Source of the DNA: a virus | Taxonomy: Duplodnaviria > Caudoviricetes | IMG/VR virus record: IMGVR_UViG_3300043429_000757 | Location: 1,022-65,021 of that record | DNA: 64,000 nt | Direction: 5' to 3' (one strand) | In this document: in pieces, positions 26,001 to 34,476 of the stretch | Numbering within the stretch: position 1 is the first letter of the stretch | How the letters are laid out: every line of letters begins with the position of its first letter | Translations under genes and position numbers: made by a program | Notes under the pieces: model-generated | The model's database searches: none | What the model was told of the DNA's origin: nothing | What the model saw: the letters and a program-made list of their open reading frames with translations, nothing else

Positions 26001-26299
26001 CCGAATTGCGCACCCGCCAAGGCGCCAGCCGCAACAGGCATGTCACGACCTGCGCCTTGGAGAGTGCCAAGGGCGACCTGTTCCATGCGCTGAGACGCGG
26101 TTGGGCGAGCCTCTTCCAGCAGGGCATCCATCCCGGCGGAAAACTCGGTCGTTGGGGGCTCTTGAAAGGCTTTGAAGGGCTCGCTGATTGCCTTAGGCAC
26201 GGGCACGCCCAAGACGCGGCTGCCACCTTCAAACCTGGTGGGCACGTCCTCAAGAAGAGCATCCATTCCAGAAGCCGTCTTGTCTTTTTCGTCTGCCAT
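22976..26299 (-). CDS. Large internal virion / DNA-ejection protein
   Basis: 1107 aa, helical Ala-rich, last of four large genes after the nozzle. Confidence 0.7.
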   Translation of the reverse strand: MADEKDKTASGMDALLEDVPTRFEGGSRVLGVPVPKAISEPFKAFQEPPTTEFSAGMDALLEEARPTASQRMEQVALGTLQGAGRDMPVAAGALAGAQFGIKTAPAVLPVLGPLTPAYPVATTLFGIGAGYLFGQELDRWFPAVPRDDLVPYREGGKTFGSALSTAPAAFGIPYMTGNRVSRFLSAVGESARRSPGVFMATEAGTAAAMGVAGGTAEAFFPGQTVPRLGAEVTAGVLSPGRLLVEGVNLTKQGLQYARGAKAAQSARMEDKAVNILLDALEKNKEDPAALIAALRQQLPRGVAPTAAQKTASPTLMDLEKSLGDFHKQFGAQTAKQGKDAMDAYELLVKNLQTMTGNPAALRAAAQLRDTRFRTVLDARLAQADANSAMKIAQITKDTPGARAQIGDIIKTETELALSQARMAERELWTEAIRQLTTPVQKKTLTTVQSGWDYGKDRPKTVTFQDVKLVAPSLAPRQTADMFLARAAEIGDAVYDQAVPDMVRRIMDSFGLDQAAVQKYKLGRNTQEFLDTGKVPGSFIATPKPVPLSELVNYRSNLLEAARNDPANAEMYAKVASSLLDDLSTVKNPILDQARAFSNALNDTFTRTFAKTASITGGKVRGGAEKLPAEILVSRAFGSNADVTMQRMEQVEDAVKFLRTQYDEAVTKFGKNSPQAQMFKPMAELSDTGVVSVRDAQNRVLRLLAADAIETVYDKTKNAYVQQLNTAKLTRFAQQNETMLNKLGIMDDLRDATHAQNLLLQVKSQNSSIEKNLLGQTAFAQVLSSENPTRVIGDIINSRNPVKGFTRITQLAKAGGPDALDGLRSTVLDYAYTKAGGLSGKFSISAYNDALFEPLSRTQPSLVNIMRASGAMSMTDIKNLKRLINPMVKVETAVKNGIPIDNLIEGADAVTELGLRVVGSAVGTGVSPGGNSLIAAAAGSKAVRQIFDALPNATVRQVMENAAKDPELMALLLEKGKTAKQQTSIANRLIDKLGAMGVSVGRNAVTPALNYIAPEEPRPSQLRDTVQPIFTPQGQAARQLRLMPVAPNTRGVPGVLPPKGPQGQAPQGGGGGGGGAPNPSSRSMFQQLFPFDTVSPLVAAAQQPAPPQ

Positions 26300-26311
26300 G
26301 CTGCTGCTCCG

Positions 26312-28345
26312 TTACTGAGGGGCCCTGATGCGTTTCAAAGTCACGCCGTTCACAAGCACCTCTGTGCCGGGAGGATACCTGCGAATGTCTGCCTCGGAAT
26401 ACACAGCCGGAGGAAGGCCCAGTTGGCCCAGGAACTTCTGATACTCCATGGCCTTCTCGCGCGCTTTGCCCTTGTCCTCTGGAGAGAGTCCAGAGTCGTC
26501 GGCCCCCATCTTCCGGTAGGACGCGATCCCCTCGCGAAGAACTTGGCCAAGGGCGATGAGACGCGTGCCATAGACGTCAGGGTCAGTCCACGCGCTTGGC
26601 TGGATCGCCATGACCTTGTCGATGTTTTTCTGTTCCCAGACGCTGCCGGCCACGCTCTTGAGCATGGCCTCCTTCAAACGCTCTGCCATAAGTTCAGCGT
26701 TCTTGCGCGCCAGCGTCACTGAGGATGCAGGGTCGCCCAGCCCAGGGATGGCTGACACGCCGGCGACCGCCGCCGCGCCTGGGCCCGCCACATCAAACCG
26801 GGTGGCCCACAGCGTCATGGGCCGTGGTCCTTGAGCCGCCGCACCTGCTGCGGGCGCACCTGCAGCCGGAGCCCCAGGCGCAGGCATCCCTGCCGCAGGC
26901 GCTGCACCAGCGGGCACTGCGGCAGGAGCCACCGCACCCGCTTCCGGAGCAGCAGGGCGTGCCCCTGCCGTGGGGTTCATCACCGGTTGCGGCACGGTTG
27001 GCAGGCCCAGTCTCTTGCGGGCCGCCTCGGCCTGCGCCACAAAGTCAGGGAGCACACCTGGAACCTGCACGATACCTGGGATTCTTGTGACAGGGTCGAC
27101 CTTGAGCTCTTGCCGTCCCAGTTTGAACTGCATGATGGCGGAGGCCATCAGCTTGTTTTCTTCAGCGTTGGTCAGGCCTTGGGCGTACCTGTCTGTGAGG
27201 CCAGGCATGTTGACGACGTTCCACTGCCAGTCGCCCTTGCCCCAGATTGAGTCACCCATCTTGAGCTTCTGAGCTTGAAGCTTGGCGTCAGCGCGCAGGA
27301 CATCCTTGAAGATGTCCGTCTTGCGCTTGAGCAGCTCGTTGTTCTGGGTGACGACCTGGTCAATATCCTTCTCACCCTGCTGAAGGGCCAAGACCTTGAT
27401 CTGGCGGTCGATCTTGTCCATGGCCTCCAGTTGCTTGCCGATCGCCGTCGGCAGCGTCTTGGTGGCCCCTGCCAGGCGCGAGAAGAAACTTCCCTTGAGC
27501 GGGCGGCCACCTTCGTCGACGTTGGCCGCAAAGCCAAAGGCCCGCTGGCCCAGCTCAAACAGCATCTGGGCTTCCGACAGCTTCCTGTCAGCGCCCAACG
27601 CCTTCTGGTACTCCGGCAGACGCGCCTCCATGGCGCTTGTCAGCGTGGGCACAGCAGCCGGGGCCCGCGCCAAAAGCTTGTTCATTTCCGTCTTGGCAGT
27701 GCTGACCATTGCCGGGTCAAACAGCATGTCCTCATCGTCCCGAGCGGTACCGTCAGCAGGGGTCACGCCGCTCGGATCAGACCCCGTTTGAAAATGTTGG
27801 ACGTAGCCGCCGCGGGCCATCTGCACGGGCGGCGGGCCGCCTGCCGGTGGCGCATCAGCGCCGCCCATCAGCGCCGCAATGCCGCCGTCTTGCGGGGGAG
27901 GCGCCATCTCTGCGCCAGGTGTGCCGGGGCCCATGGGCGGTGCACCAGGGGGCGGGCCGCCAGGGGCTGCTCCTTGGGGCCCAGGAGGCGCCATCGGGGG
28001 CTGTGGCCCTTGGGCCATGGCTTGTGAAGGAGGCAGCGCGCCAATCCCGCCGCCCTGGGCGAGGACGGGCTGAAGCATTGCGAGCACCGACTCGGGGGTC
28101 TCCGTGGCAGCGGCGTAGCCGACCATGTCGGCCAGTTCGTCGCGGCGCGCGTCGATCGAGCGCATGTCCCCGCGCAGGTTGTTCATGAGGATTTCGGGGG
28201 AATCCGGACGGCGTTCGAGGTACTTGCCCTCGCCCTCATCCTCGTCTTCGCCCTCATCCTCATCCTCTTTTTCGCTCATGGAGTCCATGAACCCCTGCAT
28301 GATCCCGACGTTTTCGATGTCGTCGTCCATCATTTTTTCTTTCAT
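26312..28345 (-). CDS. Internal virion / ejection protein
   Basis: Acidic N-terminus, Pro/Gly linkers, MARGG motif; synteny. Confidence 0.7.
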   Translation of the reverse strand: MKEKMMDDDIENVGIMQGFMDSMSEKEDEDEGEDEDEGEGKYLERRPDSPEILMNNLRGDMRSIDARRDELADMVGYAAATETPESVLAMLQPVLAQGGGIGALPPSQAMAQGPQPPMAPPGPQGAAPGGPPPGAPPMGPGTPGAEMAPPPQDGGIAALMGGADAPPAGGPPPVQMARGGYVQHFQTGSDPSGVTPADGTARDDEDMLFDPAMVSTAKTEMNKLLARAPAAVPTLTSAMEARLPEYQKALGADRKLSEAQMLFELGQRAFGFAANVDEGGRPLKGSFFSRLAGATKTLPTAIGKQLEAMDKIDRQIKVLALQQGEKDIDQVVTQNNELLKRKTDIFKDVLRADAKLQAQKLKMGDSIWGKGDWQWNVVNMPGLTDRYAQGLTNAEENKLMASAIMQFKLGRQELKVDPVTRIPGIVQVPGVLPDFVAQAEAARKRLGLPTVPQPVMNPTAGARPAAPEAGAVAPAAVPAGAAPAAGMPAPGAPAAGAPAAGAAAQGPRPMTLWATRFDVAGPGAAAVAGVSAIPGLGDPASSVTLARKNAELMAERLKEAMLKSVAGSVWEQKNIDKVMAIQPSAWTDPDVYGTRLIALGQVLREGIASYRKMGADDSGLSPEDKGKAREKAMEYQKFLGQLGLPPAVYSEADIRRYPPGTEVLVNGVTLKRIRAPQ

Positions 28346-28360
28346 GTTGACCCCTTACCT

Positions 28361-30307
28361 TCAACCAAAAAGTCCCATTTTCTTCGCACCAGCGGCCGTG
28401 GTCAGAGCGCCGAGGCCCACGCCAACAGCCTGCTGGAACGGGCTTGCAGTGGGCTGGCTGGCCACCTGCGTCGACATCTGGCTCGACGGCGCGCCTTTGT
28501 AGATGTCCGACAGGAAGCCGGCCTGCTGGTACGGGGCGTAGACTTTCTGCAACTGGTTGGCACGTGCAGCATCGATCGTCTGTTGGTTGAACGCCTGCTG
28601 AGCCTGGCCCACGTTGTACAGAAAGTTGATGTCGCCCTGCTGCAGCGCCTGCGCAGTCTGACCCAGCGCGCCTTGCTGCACGCCGAGTTGACCGAGTTGA
28701 CCGGCCAACGCGCCAAGGCCCTGGGCCTGAGCCTGGCCAATGCCAAACTGCTGCCCGGCCAACTGGCCGATGCCCTGGCCAAGGCCTTGGAACTGCTGGC
28801 CCTGCTGGCCGTAAATGTTGGCGACCTGCCCGCCCATCTGGCCATACTGCCCGGCCTGCTGGGCGAGGAGGTTGGCGATGTTTTGGTTGATGGCCGACTC
28901 CTGCCCGGCCAACGCGCCTTGCTGCGAGGCCAGGTTGCCATACTGCTGGGCCGCCTGCATAAACTGCCCGGCAGCCTGTTGGCCAAGCCCTGCCTGCTGA
29001 AGACCGAGCTGGCCAAGTCCCTGCCCTGCTGCAACCTGATTTTGTGCCAGGTTGCCGTACAGCCCCGCTGCGCCCTGACTGAGCCCCGCCTGCTGCGCGG
29101 CAGCAGAGACCTGACCCTGGCCCGCGGCCATGAGCTGCTGCGCGGCGTTTTGGCCCAGCCCCGCCTGCTGCGCGGCAACCTGCGCCTGCTGCGCCCCAAG
29201 CTGGCCAATGCCCTGCCCCGCCTGCATTTGGCGCTGCTGTTGCTGCTCAAACGAGGCCTGCGCCTGCGCCTGCGCCTGGGAGTAACCCTGGGACAGCAGG
29301 TTGGCGATGGTGTTGGCCTTCTGCTCCATCAGGTTGCGCTCCATCTCGGCGCGCTGCACTCCTTCACGCTCACCGCCAAACGCGCCCGCACGGACAGCCT
29401 GCGCGGCCAGGCCCTGCTGCGCAATCGCCCCCTGGCGATTGATTTGCCGCATGGTCTCGTCGATCACCTGCTGGCGGTACGGGTCCATGAAGGACTGCGC
29501 CGCGGCAGGGTTGTAGCCCTGCTGGGCGCCACCAAGCGTGCCAATGCCCTGGCTCAAAGCCTGCTCGGCCTGGCCAAAGCCCGGCTGGTTGGAAGCCATT
29601 GCAGAGGCCAGAGCCCCGCCGTACATGGCGTTGATGCCCTGCTCCATTCCGGGTGCTTGCGCCGATCGTGCAGCCATCTGCTGCGCCGTGGTCAATCCGC
29701 CAAGACCCTGGCCGATGACGTCCATGGCCGGCTGAAGGTTGGCCTGGCTGGACTGTGCCGCCATGTTCTGGGCCGTGGCCAGCGAGCCAAGGCCCGTGTT
29801 GATGTCTTGATAAGCCGGGCTGAACCTGCCGGAAGTGTCTGACGCCAGTGCCCGCTGCCCGGCCGCGCCCAGGTAACCAAGCCCCTGGGAGATTGGAGCA
29901 AGGCCCGCGGTCATGCCAGCAGTCGCACCTCCCGCCTGCTGCATGGCCCGCTGCGCGTCAGTGAACTGCGCCCGGGTGTCGGCTCCTCGCAGGATGTCAG
30001 CGGCCTCGGCCGTGGTGCCATAGGCCCCGCCAAGGGCCTGGTTGGCCGCGGCCATGTAAGGCGTAAACGCGCCTACGCCTTGCTGCTCGGTGGCCTGAAT
30101 GGCCGCCAACTGCGCAGGCGAAAACCCCGCCACCTGGTAGGCGGGGAGCTGCTCGCCCAGCGGGGTGCGCTGCCCGATGACGTTGCCCTGGTCATCAATG
30201 ATGTTGTTGTAGGCAAGGGCCTGCGCCTGCTGAAGAAGCTTCAGCTTGTACGCTTCGATCTTCGGGTCTTCCCGAACGATCTGTTGGGTGACTGTTTCTT
30301 CTGCCAT
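28361..30307 (-). CDS. Gln/Gly/Ala-rich ejection (pilot-like) protein
   Basis: VAGFSP.Q, FMDPY.QQVID, AGAFGG.R motifs; 11-residue-like Q/G periodicity. Confidence 0.75.
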   Translation of the reverse strand: MAEETVTQQIVREDPKIEAYKLKLLQQAQALAYNNIIDDQGNVIGQRTPLGEQLPAYQVAGFSPAQLAAIQATEQQGVGAFTPYMAAANQALGGAYGTTAEAADILRGADTRAQFTDAQRAMQQAGGATAGMTAGLAPISQGLGYLGAAGQRALASDTSGRFSPAYQDINTGLGSLATAQNMAAQSSQANLQPAMDVIGQGLGGLTTAQQMAARSAQAPGMEQGINAMYGGALASAMASNQPGFGQAEQALSQGIGTLGGAQQGYNPAAAQSFMDPYRQQVIDETMRQINRQGAIAQQGLAAQAVRAGAFGGEREGVQRAEMERNLMEQKANTIANLLSQGYSQAQAQAQASFEQQQQRQMQAGQGIGQLGAQQAQVAAQQAGLGQNAAQQLMAAGQGQVSAAAQQAGLSQGAAGLYGNLAQNQVAAGQGLGQLGLQQAGLGQQAAGQFMQAAQQYGNLASQQGALAGQESAINQNIANLLAQQAGQYGQMGGQVANIYGQQGQQFQGLGQGIGQLAGQQFGIGQAQAQGLGALAGQLGQLGVQQGALGQTAQALQQGDINFLYNVGQAQQAFNQQTIDAARANQLQKVYAPYQQAGFLSDIYKGAPSSQMSTQVASQPTASPFQQAVGVGLGALTTAAGAKKMGLFG

Positions 30308-30310
30308 GGG

Positions 30311-32617
30311 TTACGCCTTTACAGCCCCGCCTTCGAGCTTTTTCATGAGTTTGTACATGCGTGCAGCTCCCTTGCGTCGGCTGCCGCCCCCAGCGTTGCG
30401 TACCGCCTTGGCGGTGAAAACGAACTCGCCATCCGACAGCATGGCTGGAATAGAGTCCGAAGTGCCCGTGCCCGGGCCGTTGATCGGGCCCGTCTTGCGC
30501 GGAAACTCAGTGGGCTGCGGCTGCCCGCCCTTGGCCAGCCTTTGGGGTTGGCCGTAGAGCAAAGGCACCCCGTACAGACCTGCCATGTTGTAGGGCTGCG
30601 GTATCCCAGCAGGCCTGTTTGTGATGCCGCCGGGCGCCACGAGCCCCGGACCGCCAATCGGGATTGAAGAGTATTGCGGCGTCGGAATGACCACCGGTTG
30701 AGGCGCTGGTTGGGGCGTGTAGCCCCCTCCCAAACCGCCAGCGAACATGTTAGGGTTATCCCTCATGTAGTCAAGACCGGTGTAGTCGCGATTGAACGCC
30801 GGGTTGGGGTTGCTCGGCGAGCTCTTGAAGCCGCCGGCAGCACCGGCCACGGCCAGTCCGGTTGCCGCGAGCGGGCCGTACTGACGGAAAAAGCTGACGT
30901 CTTTGGGCAGGCCCGGCCGGCTCGGCGAGATGTTCTCGCTGTAAAAGTCCTTGGCGCCTTGGGCCATGCGGCTGAAGAAGCCCGGCTCCTCTGATCCCGC
31001 CCCCGAGGGGACTGCTGCGCTTGGCGCCGTTGCCCCGGGAGCAGACCTCCCGTAAATTTGGTCCAGGGCGTCTTGGGAGGCGGCAGGGAACGAAGTCGCC
31101 GCCCCGGGAGCCGCAGGGGCCGCAGGGGCCGCCCCTGCTCCAGTGGCAGGACTGAACTCCAACGGCACCTGGGTGAACTTGCTCATTGGGTCCCTGGTGG
31201 CCAATGAATAAGACCTGGCACCGTTGCCTACATCGTACTCGTAGCGGCCCACGATCCTGTCGGGGAACTTTTGCTGCAACTCCGCGACACGGCCAATATC
31301 CCCCTGTTGCGCGGCGTCATATGCTAGGCGTTGAGGAGAAATACCTTGCTCTTGCGGCTCAAATGGCATGAACCTGCTTGCCTGAGCGGAACCCTCGATT
31401 TCCACCGGGGACACAAGGTCTGCGGCGGTTCCAACGGCCCCGGGGGCGCCTGTTGGGGCAAGGTTCTGCGCCGTGATTTCGCCGCGCCTGAAACCCTCCT
31501 GAGCTCTTTGGCGTATGTCTTCCGCGGTCACGCGACCTTCGTCCAACAGGCCAGTGTTGTTTCGCACGCCTGCCATGGCGGCTGCGGAAGCGCCGGACAT
31601 CAAGCCCATGCGCAGAGCGTCCTGCGTGCTCATGCCACCCAGCTTGCCAATGCCCGCGCCAATGACGCCTGTAGCCAGGCCAGTGTTCAAAGCAGAGCCT
31701 GCAATACCCGGCAAGTACTTGCCGACCGCTGCCATGGGGTTGGCGCCCATGACCGTGCCGCCGCCACCGATGTAACCCATGGCACCGGAAATCAGAGCGT
31801 CTTTCACCGAGCCACCAGCCAATAGGGTAGTTGCGCCTGATGCCAGGGCCGTTGTGCCGGCAGAGCCTAGGGCCGCGCCAAGGGCAGTTGGTCCGAGGAC
31901 CGTGGCCAACGCAATGGTGCCCAGAATGCGTCCGACAGGGGACTTGGCGACCTTCTTGACGACGTTGACAACTGACTTGACAACCGACTTAATGGCGCTA
32001 AAAACTTTTTTGAGAAAGAACTCCGGCATGCCGGTGTTCGGATTGATTGTGCCCGCGCCGCCTCGGCTGCGCAAAAGCTGCGCCTCCTCCGGTGTGATGT
32101 GCGCCAGCATGGTGTCGCCACGGCGTCCTTGGGAGGCCAAATACGATGCAACGTCTGCCAGGCCACCCTGGGCCATGGGCATCGCTCCCATGTCCTCCAT
32201 CGGGGGCTCCTCCATCATGGGTGCTTGCGCACCCTGGATGGAGGTCATTTTTAACTCGTTGAGCACCGTCAGGACAGCGCCGAGGAATTCCGGGTCGTAC
32301 TCTTCGGGGATGTCTTCGGGGTCGATGACGTCATCGCGGATGAGCTCCTCGCGCATCTGCCTGTAACGGTCTGGGCGTTGGGAGAGCTGCTCAAACACCT
32401 CGATAAGCTGCTCAAGCTCAGACGGAGTCAACGCCAGCTCCTGCATGTTCTCACGCAAGGCCTGGCGGAGCATGTCCTGCTCCTCCGGCCGGGCCATTCC
32501 GAGGGCAGTTTGCGCAGCGTCGTACGCGTCGAAACTGGTTACCGTAGGCATCTGAGATGCCTGGTCGTCCTGCATGCCTGCCCCTTGGGGCAGCGCCATG
32601 ATGCCTTCATTCGCCAT
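30311..32617 (-). CDS. Internal virion protein with glycine-zipper membrane segment and GPGTGTSDSI...GEFVFT C-terminal domain
   Basis: Start MANEGI behind GGAAAGGA; GR.GDT.LAHI...GG.GTINP.TG.PEF domain; tape-measure-like C-terminus. Confidence 0.75.
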   Translation of the reverse strand: MANEGIMALPQGAGMQDDQASQMPTVTSFDAYDAAQTALGMARPEEQDMLRQALRENMQELALTPSELEQLIEVFEQLSQRPDRYRQMREELIRDDVIDPEDIPEEYDPEFLGAVLTVLNELKMTSIQGAQAPMMEEPPMEDMGAMPMAQGGLADVASYLASQGRRGDTMLAHITPEEAQLLRSRGGAGTINPNTGMPEFFLKKVFSAIKSVVKSVVNVVKKVAKSPVGRILGTIALATVLGPTALGAALGSAGTTALASGATTLLAGGSVKDALISGAMGYIGGGGTVMGANPMAAVGKYLPGIAGSALNTGLATGVIGAGIGKLGGMSTQDALRMGLMSGASAAAMAGVRNNTGLLDEGRVTAEDIRQRAQEGFRRGEITAQNLAPTGAPGAVGTAADLVSPVEIEGSAQASRFMPFEPQEQGISPQRLAYDAAQQGDIGRVAELQQKFPDRIVGRYEYDVGNGARSYSLATRDPMSKFTQVPLEFSPATGAGAAPAAPAAPGAATSFPAASQDALDQIYGRSAPGATAPSAAVPSGAGSEEPGFFSRMAQGAKDFYSENISPSRPGLPKDVSFFRQYGPLAATGLAVAGAAGGFKSSPSNPNPAFNRDYTGLDYMRDNPNMFAGGLGGGYTPQPAPQPVVIPTPQYSSIPIGGPGLVAPGGITNRPAGIPQPYNMAGLYGVPLLYGQPQRLAKGGQPQPTEFPRKTGPINGPGTGTSDSIPAMLSDGEFVFTAKAVRNAGGGSRRKGAARMYKLMKKLEGGAVKA

Positions 32618-32621
32618 GGTT

Positions 32622-32676
32622 GTCCTTTCCGAGTGAGCCTGAGGGCCCTGCATGGGGCCGCGCGCCTGGAAAGGAC
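32622..32676 (-). promoter_or_regulatory. RBS-sequestering leader hairpin
   Basis: GUCCUUUCC ... GGAAAGGAC perfect 9-bp stem; TAGACA-N18-GATAAT promoter upstream. Confidence 0.6.
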
Positions 32677-32725
32677 GCGATATTCGGCCTGATTATCTGC
32701 CATAGCCGGCTGAGTTGTCTACGGG

Positions 32726-33052
32726 TCACAAGCGGTCCATTTCCAGGTAAGACAGGTAAAAATGAACCCCCGCTATGCTGGAGGTGACCTGTAACTTGTC
32801 CCCCGCCTCTAAGACGCACGGAATCCCGTTGAAGACGTCAAAGGTCGTGTTGACAGTCAGGCTGCGATCCTTTTGCAGGTAGTAGGTGGTGCCAGTGCCC
32901 ACGTGGGTAACAGTGATCGAGGCGACGCCTGAGCCAGCGTTGGTGACGCGCAGGGACCGGACAACTGCCGCGTTGGCCGCAGGCACTTCGTAGAGGTCCG
33001 TTGCCGTAGCTGCCGACGGGATGAGCGGTTTGCGGAAATATTTATTGGCCAT
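32726..33052 (-). CDS. Small beta-sandwich tail-associated protein
   Basis: T.LY.VPA...S.RVTN...VLEAGDKL.V. Confidence 0.75.
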   Translation of the reverse strand: MANKYFRKPLIPSAATATDLYEVPAANAAVVRSLRVTNAGSGVASITVTHVGTGTTYYLQKDRSLTVNTTFDVFNGIPCVLEAGDKLQVTSSIAGVHFYLSYLEMDRL

Positions 33053-33060
33053 TTTTTACC

Positions 33061-34476
33061 TTACCGACTGATTTCTTCCCAATCCAAAGAACCGAGAACC
33101 TGGTCTCCGTTGGATGCTGATGTGCAAGCCAACGTGATCTCATAGGCAGTTGCTGTAAAAGAGTCGCGCTCAAGCTGAGTGGTAAATAGCGCCGCTTTGA
33201 GAATGTCGACGCTGGTTGCGCCCTGGTTGGAGCCTTGAAAGTAGCCCGTCGCCAAAATGCGGCCAGTGCCCGTGGCAAAGGACGAGCCGGTGATGTTGTA
33301 CTCAACGGCAGAGTTTGCTCCCGCACTGACCCAGGTGCCGCCAGTTGTGGTTCCTGAGGCAATCACAGACCACTGATAGTTGGCGTTATTCGTGATGCCC
33401 AGTATCGAGATTGCCGTCAAGATTGCAATGGCATCCAGCCGAGTTGTCTTCAACCGGAACGACACGACCGGGTAAAGCGTGCCGGCAGTAGTCAGGGTCC
33501 GAGGCGATGTAATCGGGTTTCCTGCGGTCAACTGGGCGCCGCGCAGCTCATACCCGCCCTCAGAAATCACCGTCGAACAAACCTGCTTCAAGGTGCTCGC
33601 TCCTGAGGTAGCTGCCAGATTTGTCATCTCATAGCGCAGCGGTAGCGAAGCGGTGGTGATGTAGGTGGTAGTGACGAGATTGGCGTGGTCAAAATTGTGC
33701 GCGGGAACAAAGGCGCCATTGATGATGAAGCCAGTACGCACGGTGCCAAGGCCCAGCCACTCAACGTCCATGTACAAAATTTGCGCTTTAGAGGAATCCA
33801 GCGTCAGGCCTGATGGGCCCGTGCCGTCCAACGGGTCCTGGTTCCAATTTGCCTGCGCTATACGGGTGTTGATCGGAGCACCTGTTACGCTGCTGCGTTC
33901 GACCATGTAGTTGGTTGTACCATCGCGCTCAAAATAAATGCCGTTGGCCTGTCCATAGTAACCCACTCGCTGGCGCAAATTGGCCTTGGCAGTGCCCAGC
34001 ACAAAGGTACTCATCACCAGCAGGCTTTTGCCCGGCTGGTATGAAAACACTTTGATGGTTTCACGGATGATCTGGTCCCCGTTGGCCGAACCGACAGTCA
34101 GGTTGACCAGACCCTCGTCTGCGCTGAACGTGGCCGCTGCGGTACCGGTGATGCTGTTGGCCCACAGGTTATTGTCCGCGTAGCGGTGGGAGGAGTCGAA
34201 CAGGGTCAGGGGATTGCTGACGCGCAACCGCCCAAAAGCATCAACGTTGGTGCCCCCAATTGAAATAGGAACTGGCAAACCGGTTGTATCCATAAATCCT
34301 CCGCCATCCCCGTACCAGGCATAGGCTGTGTCTTTGTCCTCAGTGGTGACCGGCGTGTAAGTGCTGTTAAGCTGAAGAATCACCTGCTCCAGCGACCGGA
34401 TGAGCTGATCGATTTGCTGCGGGCTATACCCCTGCGTCGCCGCATTGGGCAGACGGACGTTGGTAATCTTGCTCAT
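33061..34476 (-). CDS. Virion structural protein (short helical N-terminus + beta-rich domain)
   Basis: DAFGRLRVS.P.TLFDS, YQPGKS, EWLG.G.VR.GF. Confidence 0.7.
   Translation of the reverse strand: MSKITNVRLPNAATQGYSPQQIDQLIRSLEQVILQLNSTYTPVTTEDKDTAYAWYGDGGGFMDTTGLPVPISIGGTNVDAFGRLRVSNPLTLFDSSHRYADNNLWANSITGTAAATFSADEGLVNLTVGSANGDQIIRETIKVFSYQPGKSLLVMSTFVLGTAKANLRQRVGYYGQANGIYFERDGTTNYMVERSSVTGAPINTRIAQANWNQDPLDGTGPSGLTLDSSKAQILYMDVEWLGLGTVRTGFIINGAFVPAHNFDHANLVTTTYITTASLPLRYEMTNLAATSGASTLKQVCSTVISEGGYELRGAQLTAGNPITSPRTLTTAGTLYPVVSFRLKTTRLDAIAILTAISILGITNNANYQWSVIASGTTTGGTWVSAGANSAVEYNITGSSFATGTGRILATGYFQGSNQGATSVDILKAALFTTQLERDSFTATAYEITLACTSASNGDQVLGSLDWEEISR

Noticed and set aside
28361-30307. 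Classic tape measure protein
   Set aside because: No tail tube, tail terminator or G/GT chaperone genes; context fits podovirus ejection proteins
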